From contig CAYXWL010000001.1 of NCBI GenBank assembly GCA_964468795.1, positions 232,246-296,245 of the forward strand: a DNA stretch of 64,000 nt, in the 5' to 3' direction. A program made the translations under genes and the position numbers. Shown here piece by piece: positions 34,064 to 44,237 of the stretch; positions within the stretch are counted from its first letter, which is position 1, and each line of letters opens with the position of its first letter. This DNA is from an uncultured Candidatus Saccharibacteria bacterium. Its GTDB lineage: Bacteria; Patescibacteriota; Minisyncoccia; Phycocordibacterales; DATDWN01. Below the pieces are notes generated by a model. It ran no database searches. It was not told the DNA's origin and saw nothing but the letters and a program-made list of their open reading frames with translations.

Positions 34064-34194
34064 ACAGCCAAGGTTATCATAAAAGCTATATTTTTGAAAT
34101 GCAAAGAAGTTGCATCAAATAAGCTAATTAAATATTTCTTACACAAGAAAAGGGGCAACGGACATACGCCGCGCCCCCTATGTGTGTTCGCAAG

Positions 34195-34359
34195 CTAGTG
34201 GATATTCAGCTTGCGTTCTCGCTTCAGCAACTCATCGAAGGTTGCGGAAGCTTCGGTACCGGTCTTCTGGACAGGTACAGCAGAACCCCTTTTCGGGGAT
34301 TTCCTAAGGCAAATTTTCTGCCAGTCGGGAAAGTCATCCGGCCAAACGACAACTCTCAT
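34195..34359 (-). CDS. candidate 54-aa ORF in a small GC-rich cassette (coding status doubtful)
   Basis: Cassette has TTGACC-16-TATAAT and a GGAGG. The GGAGG-proximal ATG gives only 13 aa; the 54-aa frame starts 21 nt later. Confidence 0.2.
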   Translation of the reverse strand: MRVVVWPDDFPDWQKICLRKSPKRGSAVPVQKTGTEASATFDELLKRERKLNIH

Positions 34360-34496
34360 CTGCCGCATCCGGCATTAACCTCCAATTTTTAATTATACCA
34401 CCCATTGAGATTTGGTCAATAGAGGATGTTAATAACTCCTTGCAATTCGCAAGCCAAAGAAATTCCAAACTGTAAGTTAATTGGTATAATTTAAAT

Positions 34497-34901
34497 ATGA
34501 AAATAAACATTATTTCTTTCCTTGCTACCATAGTTCCCTTTATCGTGATTGATGCATTGTGGCTCACAACTATGTCAAAAAAATTGTATGCTCCCTATTT
34601 GTCTCATATATTGTCTGACAGCCCTAAATTAACTCCTGCACTACTTTTTTATATTATCTATTCTGTCGGATTAGTGGTATTTGTATCAAACCCTTCTATG
34701 AGCCAGCATGCGAGTACTGTAAAAATTTTACTGCTCGGATCATTTTTTGGCGCAGTAGCCTATGCAACATACGATCTCACAAACCACGCAACACTAAATG
34801 ACTGGCCGGTAATCATCACGCTTGTAGATATATTATGGGGAGCTTTTGCGACAGGAATTGTAAGTCTGATTTCAATTCACATTACAAAGTATTTTATATA
34901 A
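34497..34901 (+). CDS. small integral membrane protein
   Basis: 134 aa, ~4 predicted TM segments. Confidence 0.65.
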   Translation: MKINIISFLATIVPFIVIDALWLTTMSKKLYAPYLSHILSDSPKLTPALLFYIIYSVGLVVFVSNPSMSQHASTVKILLLGSFFGAVAYATYDLTNHATLNDWPVIITLVDILWGAFATGIVSLISIHITKYFI

Positions 34902-34904
34902 ATC

Positions 34905-35366
34905 ATGGATACGCAATTTATAGATGCTGTGGGATTGTTTGCGATGATAGCTGGATTTGTTATTGGTCTGGGGTCAGTAATAGTTATTGATATACACGGA
35001 TTTTTAGGAAGAAAATCCCATTATTGGACCGAAGCTACCACAAGAACTCACAAGGTTACTAAACCAATGATTTGGGTTGGCATCTTTCTTTTGACTATTG
35101 GCGCTTTGGTTGTATATAGGAGTAATTATTTTAATGGAATACCTTTTTATCATTTCTTAATTACCTTAGCACTCATTGCAAATGGTTTTTTTCTTTCATT
35201 TAAGGTTAGCCCGTATATGTTAAACCGAGAAAAAGAAGGCAGACAGGCAGAGTTATTCCCAAAAGAATGGCAGGCTAAAATTGCACTCGGCCTTATTGTT
35301 TCGGATTTAGGCTGGTGGAGCCTGATTGGAATGTTTGTGTATTATCTAGCATATCTCAGGACTTAA
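34905..35366 (+). CDS. integral membrane protein
   Basis: 153 aa, ~4 TM segments. Confidence 0.65.
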   Translation: MDTQFIDAVGLFAMIAGFVIGLGSVIVIDIHGFLGRKSHYWTEATTRTHKVTKPMIWVGIFLLTIGALVVYRSNYFNGIPFYHFLITLALIANGFFLSFKVSPYMLNREKEGRQAELFPKEWQAKIALGLIVSDLGWWSLIGMFVYYLAYLRT

Positions 35367-36597
35367 AAATCTCATCGGGCCGACTACCTTTTTCATAGCA
35401 AACAAAATGCGAGGTGTGCATTTTATTTAAGATAGGAGTGATGTATTTCCACTCCGCCATAACTTCCCTAGTGCTTATAAACACAGTCTGATCGCCAACC
35501 ATGCAATCACGCAGAATTTTTTGGTATGCCCTGCCCGAATCCTCGCTTGGCACCGGAATTGTGAGCGTAGTTTTATTTTTAAAATAAATTGAAATTTGGC
35601 TATTTTTTTCGGAAAGAGCTTTGCCGTATCTGAGAACGAATGGCACCTTCCTGAAATTTTGCTTGTCTAAAAACAAAGTCACCTCAAAAAGCGTCTCTGT
35701 GCGGGACGAATTTTCCACCCCTGGCTCAAGCAAATATCCGTCATACTGGCCGAATTTCATTTTTTCCAAATCATCTTCTGAAGGAGGAACAATCTTCTCG
35801 AGCACCTCTGCCCGATTATTCTGAATTTGAGAAGGATCTTTGTTTACAGGCAAATCCATTGCAATAAGCGCCACCATTTGAAGCATGTGATTTTGGCCGA
35901 CATCTCGCAAGGCACCGATACCATCATAAAAGGTTCCTCTCAATCCGACTGTAGCTGTCTCAAAAATATCTATTTCAACCTTTTCAATATTTTCACTATT
36001 CCATATGTTGCCATGCTGTTCTGAAACCCTGTGAACCTTCAAAATATCAATCAGAGAATCCTTTGCAAGATAATGGTCAATTCTGTATATCTGCTCTTCT
36101 TTGAATAATTTTCCCAGAAGAGAATCCAAGCGTATAGCTGTATCCAAGTCCTTGCCGAACGGCTTCTCTATAAGCACTCGAGCGAATCCTTGGTCGCCTC
36201 CGCATGGAACAGAAAGTCCAGAAATTGAAATATTTGTGCATATGCTCTCATACATGCTGGGAGGAGTTGCCAGAAAAAAAAGCTTGTTACTGCATTCCCC
36301 CAGCTCCTTGTCTATTTTATCGAGCAGATAATGCGAGAGATTTTTATATGCAGAAACTTCGTCAAAATTACCGCTTACATAAGAAATTATGTTCAAAAAT
36401 GATTCAGTTGATGATGGCAAATTTTCCTTGATAAAGCTTCTTATTTCACTTTCTGAAAATTGCCTTCTTGAAAAACCTACTATTCGAGTATTTGGGAGTT
36501 CTCCACGCCCATGCATCAGAAGGAGTGCTGGCAAAAGCTTTTTTAAAGAAAGATCCCCCGTAATCCCAAACAATATGCAGACAGTCGGTCGGTTCAT
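35356..36597 (-). CDS. zwf: glucose-6-phosphate dehydrogenase (short form)
   Basis: N-terminal FGITGDLSLKKLLPAL and active-site RIDHYLAKD. Confidence 0.8.
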   Translation of the reverse strand: MNRPTVCILFGITGDLSLKKLLPALLLMHGRGELPNTRIVGFSRRQFSESEIRSFIKENLPSSTESFLNIISYVSGNFDEVSAYKNLSHYLLDKIDKELGECSNKLFFLATPPSMYESICTNISISGLSVPCGGDQGFARVLIEKPFGKDLDTAIRLDSLLGKLFKEEQIYRIDHYLAKDSLIDILKVHRVSEQHGNIWNSENIEKVEIDIFETATVGLRGTFYDGIGALRDVGQNHMLQMVALIAMDLPVNKDPSQIQNNRAEVLEKIVPPSEDDLEKMKFGQYDGYLLEPGVENSSRTETLFEVTLFLDKQNFRKVPFVLRYGKALSEKNSQISIYFKNKTTLTIPVPSEDSGRAYQKILRDCMVGDQTVFISTREVMAEWKYITPILNKMHTSHFVCYEKGSRPDEIFKS

Positions 36598-36656
36598 GGT
36601 ATGATGATTATATCACTAATGAAAATAATTATTCACTTGGCTGATACCAACCAATT

Positions 36657-37124
36657 ATGAGAGGATTTACACTTATCGAAGTACTTGTAGTAATAGCAAT
36701 CATCGGAGTCATGTCGGCAATAATCCTTCCGAACCTGCACACTGTCCGGGACAGAGGTTTTCTAAGTACAACTCTCATGCAGATGAGAGAAATAGCCAAA
36801 GCTGCACAGATATATCAGATAGATAAAGGCTCATATCCGATTGGCTCTGGATTAATAAAAGATCGGCGTCCACTAAGTACCTTACCTGCCGAATTCTCAA
36901 AATATATCGCCGTTCCTACTCCTCAGTGCCACTACTGGGGTTACGGAATTGTCCTAATCAATCAATCAACATTGGTCACGCTCAGAAAAATAATACCTCT
37001 ACAAGGAGGGTTTCAGAATGTTGATATCGCATACTATTGCCTTGACGGGGGGGTAAACTGTATCGACGTTCCTAATTTCGCTTTATATGATATCACTAAA
37101 ATGACAAGCCTTGTTTGCCAGTAA
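36657..37124 (+). CDS. type IV pilin-like protein
   Basis: MRGFTLIEVLVVIAIIGVMSAIILPNL prepilin motif. Confidence 0.75.
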   Translation: MRGFTLIEVLVVIAIIGVMSAIILPNLHTVRDRGFLSTTLMQMREIAKAAQIYQIDKGSYPIGSGLIKDRRPLSTLPAEFSKYIAVPTPQCHYWGYGIVLINQSTLVTLRKIIPLQGGFQNVDIAYYCLDGGVNCIDVPNFALYDITKMTSLVCQ

Positions 37125-37365
37125 AGCCTGGACAACTGGTAGTTTAATTATTACAGTATTGCTACAATATGAAATAAAAGCGGACTTTAATTATCTTCAT
37201 AAGGTATTAATAGCAGAAAGTTCCTCAAATACAACTAGCGACAATGCCATAAAAAGACAAAGGAAAATTTCTAGATTCAGATAGCTCTACTCGAATCATC
37301 TAAATAATAAATTAAAAGACCACAATCAAAGGTGGTTTTTTAATTGTGGTATCATTCATTTAATT

Positions 37366-39522
37366 ATGGAACTAAAAGACAAGCTGTCGGCACACTTTAG
37401 ACTATCAGAACCGCATAAAAAAGCCCTCTCAAAACTTGGCTTAACAACAATTGAAGACATTCTATACCACTTCCCTGCACGCTATGGCGATACGAACCAA
37501 ATTAAAAATATTTCTTCTCTGATCAAGGGAGATGAGGCTGTCATATTTGGAAGGATTTCAAATTTAAAAACTAGCAAGGCGTTTATAAAAAAAATACCTA
37601 TGTCAGAGGGAGCAGTAGCAGACGAAACCGGATCCCTAAAGCTTGTATGGTTCAACCAACCTTACATTGCAAAAATGATATTTGAAAATTCGCTAGTGAG
37701 AGTAGAAGGCAAAGTGGTAGAAAGAAAAGGAGAGCTATATATGAGCAATCCAAAAATTGAAATGACCAAATCCGTTCCGACCGGAGTTGGCAATTCATTG
37801 TTTGGAGAAAGCGCTGATGACCCCACGCTCTATCCAGTTTATCCGGAAAGCAAAGGCGTATCTTCAGAGTGGATTTATTACACCATACAGAAAATATTTT
37901 CTTCAGGAATACTCGATAAGATTCAAGATCCGATTCCTGAAACAATACTTGAAAAATATAAATTGCCTGGAATTCGGACAGCCTTAATATGGATCCACAC
38001 TCCAAAAAAGCAGGAAAATGCCTTGTCAGCAAGAAAGAGATTTGCTTTTGAAGAGATATTTTTTATTCAGCTGGAAAAGCAGAGAGAAAGAAAACTGTGG
38101 TCAATGCAGAGTTCTTTCTGCATTGATACGAAAGAAAAAGATATAAAAGAGTTCATTTCAAATTTTCCTTTCAAGCCCACCCAATACCAGCTTTCAGCAA
38201 TTGACTCAATAACTTCTGACTTGAAGCGTGGCTACCCAATGTCGAGACTGCTCGAAGGCGACGTGGGATCAGGAAAGACGGCTGTTGCTGCCACCATTAT
38301 ATATGCCGTTACTAACACGAGACCTTTTGGAAAGGATTTTGGGAACTTGCAATGCGCGTACATGGTGCCTACAGAAATTTTGGCAAAACAGCATTACGAA
38401 AATTTTATCTCCTTCTTTAGGCACTTGCCAATAAAAATAGGCTTGGTTACTGGAAGCGAATGCAGAATATTTCCTTCAAAGCTGAATCCGGCAAAATCTA
38501 CTCACATTTCAAAAAATCAGCTTTTAAAATGGGTTGCTAACGGCGAAGTGCCAATACTTATCGGTACGCACACTTTGATACAAAAGTCAGTAACATGGAA
38601 GCATCTGGCGTTTGTGGTGATAGACGAACAGCACAGATTTGGCACTCTCCAAAGACAGAAGCTTACAAGCAAAAGCGGTGTAACCCCACATCTTCTTTCA
38701 ATGACAGCTACTCCTATTCCAAGAACGTTGGCGCTTACGCTTTATGGAGACTTGGACCTTACTGTTCTGGAAGGCATGCCTCATGGAAGAAAGCCTATCA
38801 TTACAAGGATAATTTTGCCTAACGAAAGAGAAAATACATATAACGAAATCAAAAAAGAAATGGCACAAGGCAGACAACTGTATGTCATATGTCCTCGAAT
38901 AGATGAGCCGGACCCAACAAAAGAAATGGCTGTCCTTGCCAAATCTGTAACCTTGGAAGCTGAAAGGCTGAAAAAAGAAGTCTTTAGGGATGCGAAAATA
39001 GCCATCCTCCACTCAAAAATGACTCCCGCAGAAAAAGAATCGGTCATGAGCAAATTTGCCAGCGGAGAAACTGACATACTGGTAGCAACCAGCGTGGTTG
39101 AAGTTGGAGTAAACGTGCCAAACGCTACAATGATAATTATAGAGGGTGCCGAGAGATTTGGACTTTCACAACTGCATCAGCTCAGAGGACGAGTAATAAG
39201 GTCAAACCATCAGGCATACTGCTATGTATTCAGCGAATCTAACAGCCAGAAAACTCGCGATAGGTTAAAAGCCTTAACTACTGCAAAAAATGGATTTGAA
39301 TTGGCTGAGTTTGATCTGGCCCAAAGAGGGGCTGGAGAACTTTACGGCAGAAAGCAGTGGGGCATTTCAGATATTGCCATGGATGCAATTAAAAATATAA
39401 AGCTTGTAGAAGCTTCAAGAGAAGAAGCTGTGAGAATTCTGGAGAAAGATCCGGAATTTAGGAATTATCCTTTAATCCGAGAATATTTTAAGAACAGGAC
39501 TGAAAAAATTCACTTCGAATAG
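37366..39522 (+). CDS. recG: ATP-dependent DNA helicase RecG
   Basis: 718 aa. Wedge domain plus helicase motifs GDVGSGKTAVA, DEQHRFG, QLHQLRGRVIR. Confidence 0.9.
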   Translation: MELKDKLSAHFRLSEPHKKALSKLGLTTIEDILYHFPARYGDTNQIKNISSLIKGDEAVIFGRISNLKTSKAFIKKIPMSEGAVADETGSLKLVWFNQPYIAKMIFENSLVRVEGKVVERKGELYMSNPKIEMTKSVPTGVGNSLFGESADDPTLYPVYPESKGVSSEWIYYTIQKIFSSGILDKIQDPIPETILEKYKLPGIRTALIWIHTPKKQENALSARKRFAFEEIFFIQLEKQRERKLWSMQSSFCIDTKEKDIKEFISNFPFKPTQYQLSAIDSITSDLKRGYPMSRLLEGDVGSGKTAVAATIIYAVTNTRPFGKDFGNLQCAYMVPTEILAKQHYENFISFFRHLPIKIGLVTGSECRIFPSKLNPAKSTHISKNQLLKWVANGEVPILIGTHTLIQKSVTWKHLAFVVIDEQHRFGTLQRQKLTSKSGVTPHLLSMTATPIPRTLALTLYGDLDLTVLEGMPHGRKPIITRIILPNERENTYNEIKKEMAQGRQLYVICPRIDEPDPTKEMAVLAKSVTLEAERLKKEVFRDAKIAILHSKMTPAEKESVMSKFASGETDILVATSVVEVGVNVPNATMIIIEGAERFGLSQLHQLRGRVIRSNHQAYCYVFSESNSQKTRDRLKALTTAKNGFELAEFDLAQRGAGELYGRKQWGISDIAMDAIKNIKLVEASREEAVRILEKDPEFRNYPLIREYFKNRTEKIHFE

Positions 39523-39777
39523 CTATTTCCCCCACCTCCACCTTGGTCTTTCGCCTTTGGCATAGCAAATAATCAATAGGAAAATTGTGTTTATTACGAA
39601 AGGCAAAGAAAAATTAATTAGGGTATCGCTAATAGAATGAGTAAGCCTGTCTACGTTTATAAAATTCAGAACTGTGCCCAACAAATACATGGCCAAAATC
39701 AGATAACCTTCCCAAGATACCGGATACCAGCCCCATCCGAACATTTTTGCTTTGAACCAAAGTTTTCCTTTTTTCAT
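39523..39777 (-). CDS. small membrane protein
   Basis: 84 aa, 2 TM segments. Confidence 0.5.
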   Translation of the reverse strand: MKKGKLWFKAKMFGWGWYPVSWEGYLILAMYLLGTVLNFINVDRLTHSISDTLINFSLPFVINTIFLLIICYAKGERPRWRWGK

Positions 39778-39805
39778 AAAAATATTTTGCTTTTATTTAT
39801 AAATG

Positions 39806-39879
39806 TGCGCCTGCCTGGACTCGAACCAGGGACCCCAGAGGTATAAGCTCTGTGCTCTAACCAACTGAGCTACAGGCGC
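39806..39879 (-). tRNA. tRNA-Ile with anticodon UAU
   Basis: GCGCCUG-UA-GCUC..GAGC-A-CAGAG-CUUAUAC-CUCUG-..CCUGG-UUCGAGU-CCAGG-CAGGCGC-A. No encoded CCA. Confidence 0.8.
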
Positions 39880-39965
39880 AGTGGATGATTTCTATAAATT
39901 AGCATATTTCTTGAAAAATAGAAATTGAAAGGTATTACAAAGGCCGGAGAATAAATCTCCGGCCT

Positions 39966-40175
39966 TCATGCAGCATCCTTCTTGCGAAGGGTGTAGGTGC
40001 CGGTCTTGGCGTCATGCGATAAAACTTCATATCGCCTTCCGCATATTGCACAGGAGAATTCTTTTCTAAAGCCAGAAGCAAGAACTGGCAAAAGTTTCCC
40101 TTTGCACCATAACTCCTTGCCACCTTTGAGAATTTTCCCCGTGCACAGCTCGCTAGCGGTAGTCGTGTTCGACAT
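39966..40175 (-). CDS. small zinc-ribbon-like ORF (69 aa; start uncertain)
   Basis: C..C...CAIC pattern. Overlaps the upstream ORF by 23 nt. GC-rich cassette ending in terminator GGCCGGAGaataaatCTCCGGCC. Confidence 0.35.
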   Translation of the reverse strand: MSNTTTASELCTGKILKGGKELWCKGKLLPVLASGFRKEFSCAICGRRYEVLSHDAKTGTYTLRKKDAA

Positions 40176-40380
40176 GGCCAAGCTGTCTGAAAACTCCGGC
40201 ATCAGCCCCGATACGCATGAGCTCCGCCTCGCAAACCTCCGGATCGCCATTTACGCGATCTTTCAGCCTGCTGAGCACAGCATCTACCAGTGCAACTTTC
40301 GGATCCTGTGCTCCGTTCTTTCGACAAATCTGGTCCCTGATCCCCGCCCCCAGACTTTCAACCATGTGATGCGAGACCAT
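40153..40380 (-). CDS. small hypothetical ORF (75 aa)
   Basis: MVSHHMVESLGAG.. after ACAGGAGGAGCCAA. Own promoter TTGAAT-16-TAGAAT (40427-40400) right after the ftsH stop. Confidence 0.4.
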   Translation of the reverse strand: MVSHHMVESLGAGIRDQICRKNGAQDPKVALVDAVLSRLKDRVNGDPEVCEAELMRIGADAGVFRQLGHVEHDYR

Positions 40381-40429
40381 TTGGCTCCTCCTGTCCTGCA
40401 TTCTACAACAAATGGAAATAAATTCAATA

Positions 40430-42367
40430 CTAGGCTTGATGCTCAATGTCCAGCTTCTGCTTTGGAGTAACTCCATGAGCTACAAGTATATTTTCAAATT
40501 CTGCCCTCTCAATTGTTTCGACTTCCATAAGCCTTCTTGCAATTGCTTCTAGCAAATTCATGTTTTGAGAAATAGTAGCCTCGGCTCTCTGCATTGCTTC
40601 GTTCATTATCCGAGAAACTTCTCCATCAACTTCGGCCGCTACCCTTTCAGATATTTCTGTTTCTTCAACACCTCTGCCAAATAAAACTTTTCCTCCTTGG
40701 CCCTCAAGAGCAATAGGTCCGAGCTTATCTGACATTCCGTATTTTGTAACCATGTCTCTAGCTAAAGCTGTCGAAACCTGCAAATCATTTGATGGGCCAG
40801 TAGTCAGATCGCCAAACTTCATTTTTTCAGTAACATATCCGCCAAGCGAAACAACAATATCATCCAAAAATTCCTTCTTTGACTGTAGCTTTTTATCCTC
40901 CAGTGGAAGATGCAGAACGTATCCCGCTGCCCTGCCTCGGGAAATGATAGAAATCTTGTGAACAGGATCTGCATACGAAAGAAGCGACGCTAGGACTGCA
41001 TGGCCAGCTTCGTGATAAGCAGTAATCTCTTTTTCCTTCTTTGAAAGCACATGGCTCTTTCTCTCTGGACCGAGCATAACTTTTTCAATAGAGCGTATAA
41101 GATCGTACTGAGAAACTTTTGTCCTATTTTCTCGCGCAGCCAAGATAGCTCCTTCATTCATGAGAGAATAAAGATCTGCTCCGGAAAAACCCGGCGTTCT
41201 TTCAGCAATAACTTTCAAATTAACATCTTCGGCAAAAGGCTTTCTGTTGCTGTGGACTTTAAGTATCTCTTCTCTGTCTTTCCTATCTGGAAGTTCAAGA
41301 GTTACCCTCCTATCAAACCTGCCTGGTCGCAAAAGAGCAGGGTCTAGAACGTCTGGCCTGTTCGTTGCCGCCATGACAATCACCTTTTCATTCGGCTCGA
41401 AGCCATCCATCTCAACCAAGATCTGATTTAAAGTCTGTTCTCGCTCATCGTTTCCTCCTCCAGCACCAACTCCTCGCACTCGTCCAACCGCATCTATTTC
41501 ATCCACGAAAATAATGGACGGAGAATTCCTCTTTGCCATTGTAAACAAATCTCGCACTCGAGAAGCACCGACTCCGACAAACATCTCGACGAATTCCGAA
41601 CCGGAAATGGAGAAGAAAGCTACCCCCGCCTCACCAGCAACTGCTCTGGCCAGCAAAGTTTTTCCAGTTCCAGGTGCACCCATGAGCAATATTCCTTTTG
41701 GAATTCGAGCACCAATGTCCAAAAACTTCCTCGGGTTTCGAAGAAAATCTACAATTTCAGTCAATTCTTCTTTTGCTTCTTTTGCACCTGCAACATCCTT
41801 GAAGGTTACTCTCTGATTTTTGTCATTTGGATCAATCATCCTAGCCTTCGATTGTCCAAAAGTTAAAGCCTGCATGCCCGCTCCCTTTACCTGCCTTGTA
41901 ATGAACCAGATGAAAACCAAAATGAAAAGTATCGGGAAAATAATCGGAGAAAGATTTATAAACCAGTATCCAAGCCCCGTCTCGTTTTTTATATCAACCT
42001 CGATTGCTGACAACTGCTCTTTTGTAACTCCATAGTTCACCAGCGTCTGTGAAAGTGCTTCGCCAGCTTCTTTCTTTGACGTTTTCTTGTCGCCCGACTT
42101 GTATTCTATATCCAAGCTTTCGCCTCTGACTACGATATTTTTTACAAGACCGCCTTTGATGTCAGAAGATAGAGTAGAGATAGGTATGTCTACTGTCTTA
42201 TCGTTTTTTAAGCCAGTCAAAGCTGAGTAAGCGAAAGAAAGTATGAGAAAAATGGCCAAAACAGAAACTACGTATCCGATAATAGAATTATCCTCCGGGC
42301 CCTTGCCTCCCTTTGGTCTTTTCTTGATTATTATTTTTGTTTTTTCTGGCTGTTCTGGTTTGTTCAT
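40430..42367 (-). CDS. ftsH: ATP-dependent zinc metalloprotease FtsH
   Basis: Start trimmed to MNKPEQPEK. Walker [22 protein letters not shown] region, HEAGHA zinc site. Confidence 0.9.
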   Translation of the reverse strand: MNKPEQPEKTKIIIKKRPKGGKGPEDNSIIGYVVSVLAIFLILSFAYSALTGLKNDKTVDIPISTLSSDIKGGLVKNIVVRGESLDIEYKSGDKKTSKKEAGEALSQTLVNYGVTKEQLSAIEVDIKNETGLGYWFINLSPIIFPILFILVFIWFITRQVKGAGMQALTFGQSKARMIDPNDKNQRVTFKDVAGAKEAKEELTEIVDFLRNPRKFLDIGARIPKGILLMGAPGTGKTLLARAVAGEAGVAFFSISGSEFVEMFVGVGASRVRDLFTMAKRNSPSIIFVDEIDAVGRVRGVGAGGGNDEREQTLNQILVEMDGFEPNEKVIVMAATNRPDVLDPALLRPGRFDRRVTLELPDRKDREEILKVHSNRKPFAEDVNLKVIAERTPGFSGADLYSLMNEGAILAARENRTKVSQYDLIRSIEKVMLGPERKSHVLSKKEKEITAYHEAGHAVLASLLSYADPVHKISIISRGRAAGYVLHLPLEDKKLQSKKEFLDDIVVSLGGYVTEKMKFGDLTTGPSNDLQVSTALARDMVTKYGMSDKLGPIALEGQGGKVLFGRGVEETEISERVAAEVDGEVSRIMNEAMQRAEATISQNMNLLEAIARRLMEVETIERAEFENILVAHGVTPKQKLDIEHQA

Positions 42368-42492
42368 AGCTACGCACAGTATACATGAAAGCATACAAAA
42401 TAAAAGATGAAGATTAATGGAATAGACATGAAGAGTCATCCTCCTAAATTTGCCTTTTTATGTTAGTCTGTGGTTCTGCTACAATAAAACAG

Positions 42493-42936
42493 ATGTCGCT
42501 TATCACCAACCGAAAAGCCGGCTTTAATTACGAATTCCTAGAAAAATATACTGCAGGTATAGAGCTTTTTGGTTATGAAGTAAAATCGTTGAAAGAAAGC
42601 CATGGGTCTATCGAGGGTGCGCACATAACAGTGAGGGGTGGTGAAGCCTTTATTGTGGGCATGTTTATACCACCATACCAGCAAAACAACACACCAAAAG
42701 ATTACGACCCTTACAGAACTCGAAGATTACTTCTCAATAAAGAAGAAATCGTAAAAATAGCTAAAACCGAAGCCACAAAAGGCTTGACAATTGTCCCTAT
42801 TTCGGTGTATAATAGTAATGGTAAAATTAAGCTCGAGATAGCAGAAGTGCGTGGAAAGAAAAAGTTCGACAAAAGAGAGACTCTGAAGAAAAAGGATTCT
42901 CTCCGCGATGTTGCACGAGAGCTTAAAGATCGATAG
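42493..42936 (+). CDS. smpB: SsrA-binding protein
   Basis: NRKAGFNYEFLEKYTAGIELFGYEVKSLK.. Directly upstream of the tmRNA. Confidence 0.9.
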   Translation: MSLITNRKAGFNYEFLEKYTAGIELFGYEVKSLKESHGSIEGAHITVRGGEAFIVGMFIPPYQQNNTPKDYDPYRTRRLLLNKEEIVKIAKTEATKGLTIVPISVYNSNGKIKLEIAEVRGKKKFDKRETLKKKDSLRDVARELKDR

Positions 42937-42985
42937 TTTTTTGAAATCACAAACCTGCCTCAATAAGAGAGATTAAACCTTGTTT

Positions 42986-43120
42986 GAGGATTTTATTTTT
43001 TAGAGCATACGCAGGCTTCTAGCATGGGTTCGTCAAGGTACCCTGCCTTGACGAATAGAAGCCGAGGACCGAGCAAACTTTTCGCAGGAAAAGCGAGCGT
43101 CTCTAAGAAATAAGATCCTC
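42986..43120 (+). repeat. structured intergenic element, copy A (62-nt conserved core inside a 20-bp inverted repeat)
   Basis: Core 43006-43067 is ~95% identical to the reverse complement of 51674-51735. Outer arms GAGGATTTTATTTTTTAGAG / CTCTAAGAAATAAGATCCTC. Confidence 0.7.
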
Positions 43121-43146
43121 AATAAAAAGGTTTATACTTCCCTATT

Positions 43147-43533
43147 GGGGATGACAGGTTTTGACATAAGGACGACATTGATTCGTGCAATGCGGAGCTT
43201 CGATAACTCCTGAAACTGTCGAAAACAATAAGTGTAAAAAACTTATCTAAGGGCATTGCGTCTCCTTTTGGAAACGCATTCGCTTTCTCACCAGCACTAG
43301 CATAAGCTAACTCGGTAAGACGGTCATTTCCATGATACCTCTATATGGAAAATGATTGATATAAAACGAGGTTAGGATAAAAGACTGTTCCGACTCTTGT
43401 CCGAAAAATAGGAACTCGATCACAATGTATTTTGTTTGTTCCAAGCATTGTGGTTTAACACACTAAACAATCTACGCACTGTAGAAACGCTTCAATTCTC
43501 TTTATGGACGTGGTTTCGATACCACCATCTCCA
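43147..43533 (+). ncRNA. ssrA: tmRNA (ssrA)
   Basis: 5' GGGGATGACAGGTTTTGAC. 3' tRNA-like GGACGTGGTTTCGATACCACCATCTCCAC. Tag frame ..GCATTCGCTTTCTCACCAGCACTAGCATAA (..AFAFSPALA*). Confidence 0.85.
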
Positions 43534-43594
43534 CAAAAAAACAGAACGCCATTTATGGCATTCATCAAAAAACTCCCGTTCGGGAGTTTTTTGA

Positions 43595-44158
43595 TTAGTT
43601 AAAATTTACGTAACTTGGCTTCTGCAAAAGCGAAGCGTCTTTTGCCCATGGGTGGCAGATCCAGCTTGCGCTGTTTGTCCCTGACCCTAATACAGTTCCG
43701 TTTGTGAAATCCTTTGGAACGATTGCAGGGAAATCTGAAATTGATTTTGGCACTGAAAGAGTTCCTGTGCCTCGTCCTTCAGTCCAAATATACATATATC
43801 GTCCGTCATAGACCATGATATTTGATGATCCCCCCAAAGTCCTAAACTCCCCTCTCATTTTTCCATCAGCAAAGAAAATTGTATTTGTCGTTCGCTTTGA
43901 TGGCGTAACCTCTTCGTATGTACATTCATAACTTCCCTTCTGCGGGAAAATATTTGTAAATACATCTGTCTTTACCGTATTTGCAACTTTTGCAGAATTC
44001 TTTTTTTGCTGTGAGTTATTTACAGCTGACTTAGAAGTTGAAGTGCTTGTGGAAGGATAGTTTGTCTCGTTTGATCGAGGCAAGAGTGCAAATACCACAA
44101 GGATGACCCCGACGGCGATGGCAGCTCCATATACCCACATTGGGTGTTTTAATTTCAT
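43595..44158 (-). CDS. hypothetical exported protein
   Basis: 187 aa with an N-terminal TM anchor. Confidence 0.55.
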   Translation of the reverse strand: MKLKHPMWVYGAAIAVGVILVVFALLPRSNETNYPSTSTSTSKSAVNNSQQKKNSAKVANTVKTDVFTNIFPQKGSYECTYEEVTPSKRTTNTIFFADGKMRGEFRTLGGSSNIMVYDGRYMYIWTEGRGTGTLSVPKSISDFPAIVPKDFTNGTVLGSGTNSASWICHPWAKDASLLQKPSYVNFN

Positions 44159-44237
44159 CTTATTTTAAAAATAATCTAATAGTATATTAATTATAAGGAC
44201 ATGCCTTTATAAAAACAACAAGTCCTGATATACTTAG

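Noticed and set aside
33888-34066. A second tRNA, tRNA pseudogene or intron-containing tRNA upstream of tRNA-Ser.
   Set aside because: After the shared 16-nt 5' end I could not build D, anticodon (9-bp stem, 8-nt loop) or T arms that satisfy tRNA geometry. It is kept only as a repeat or scar.
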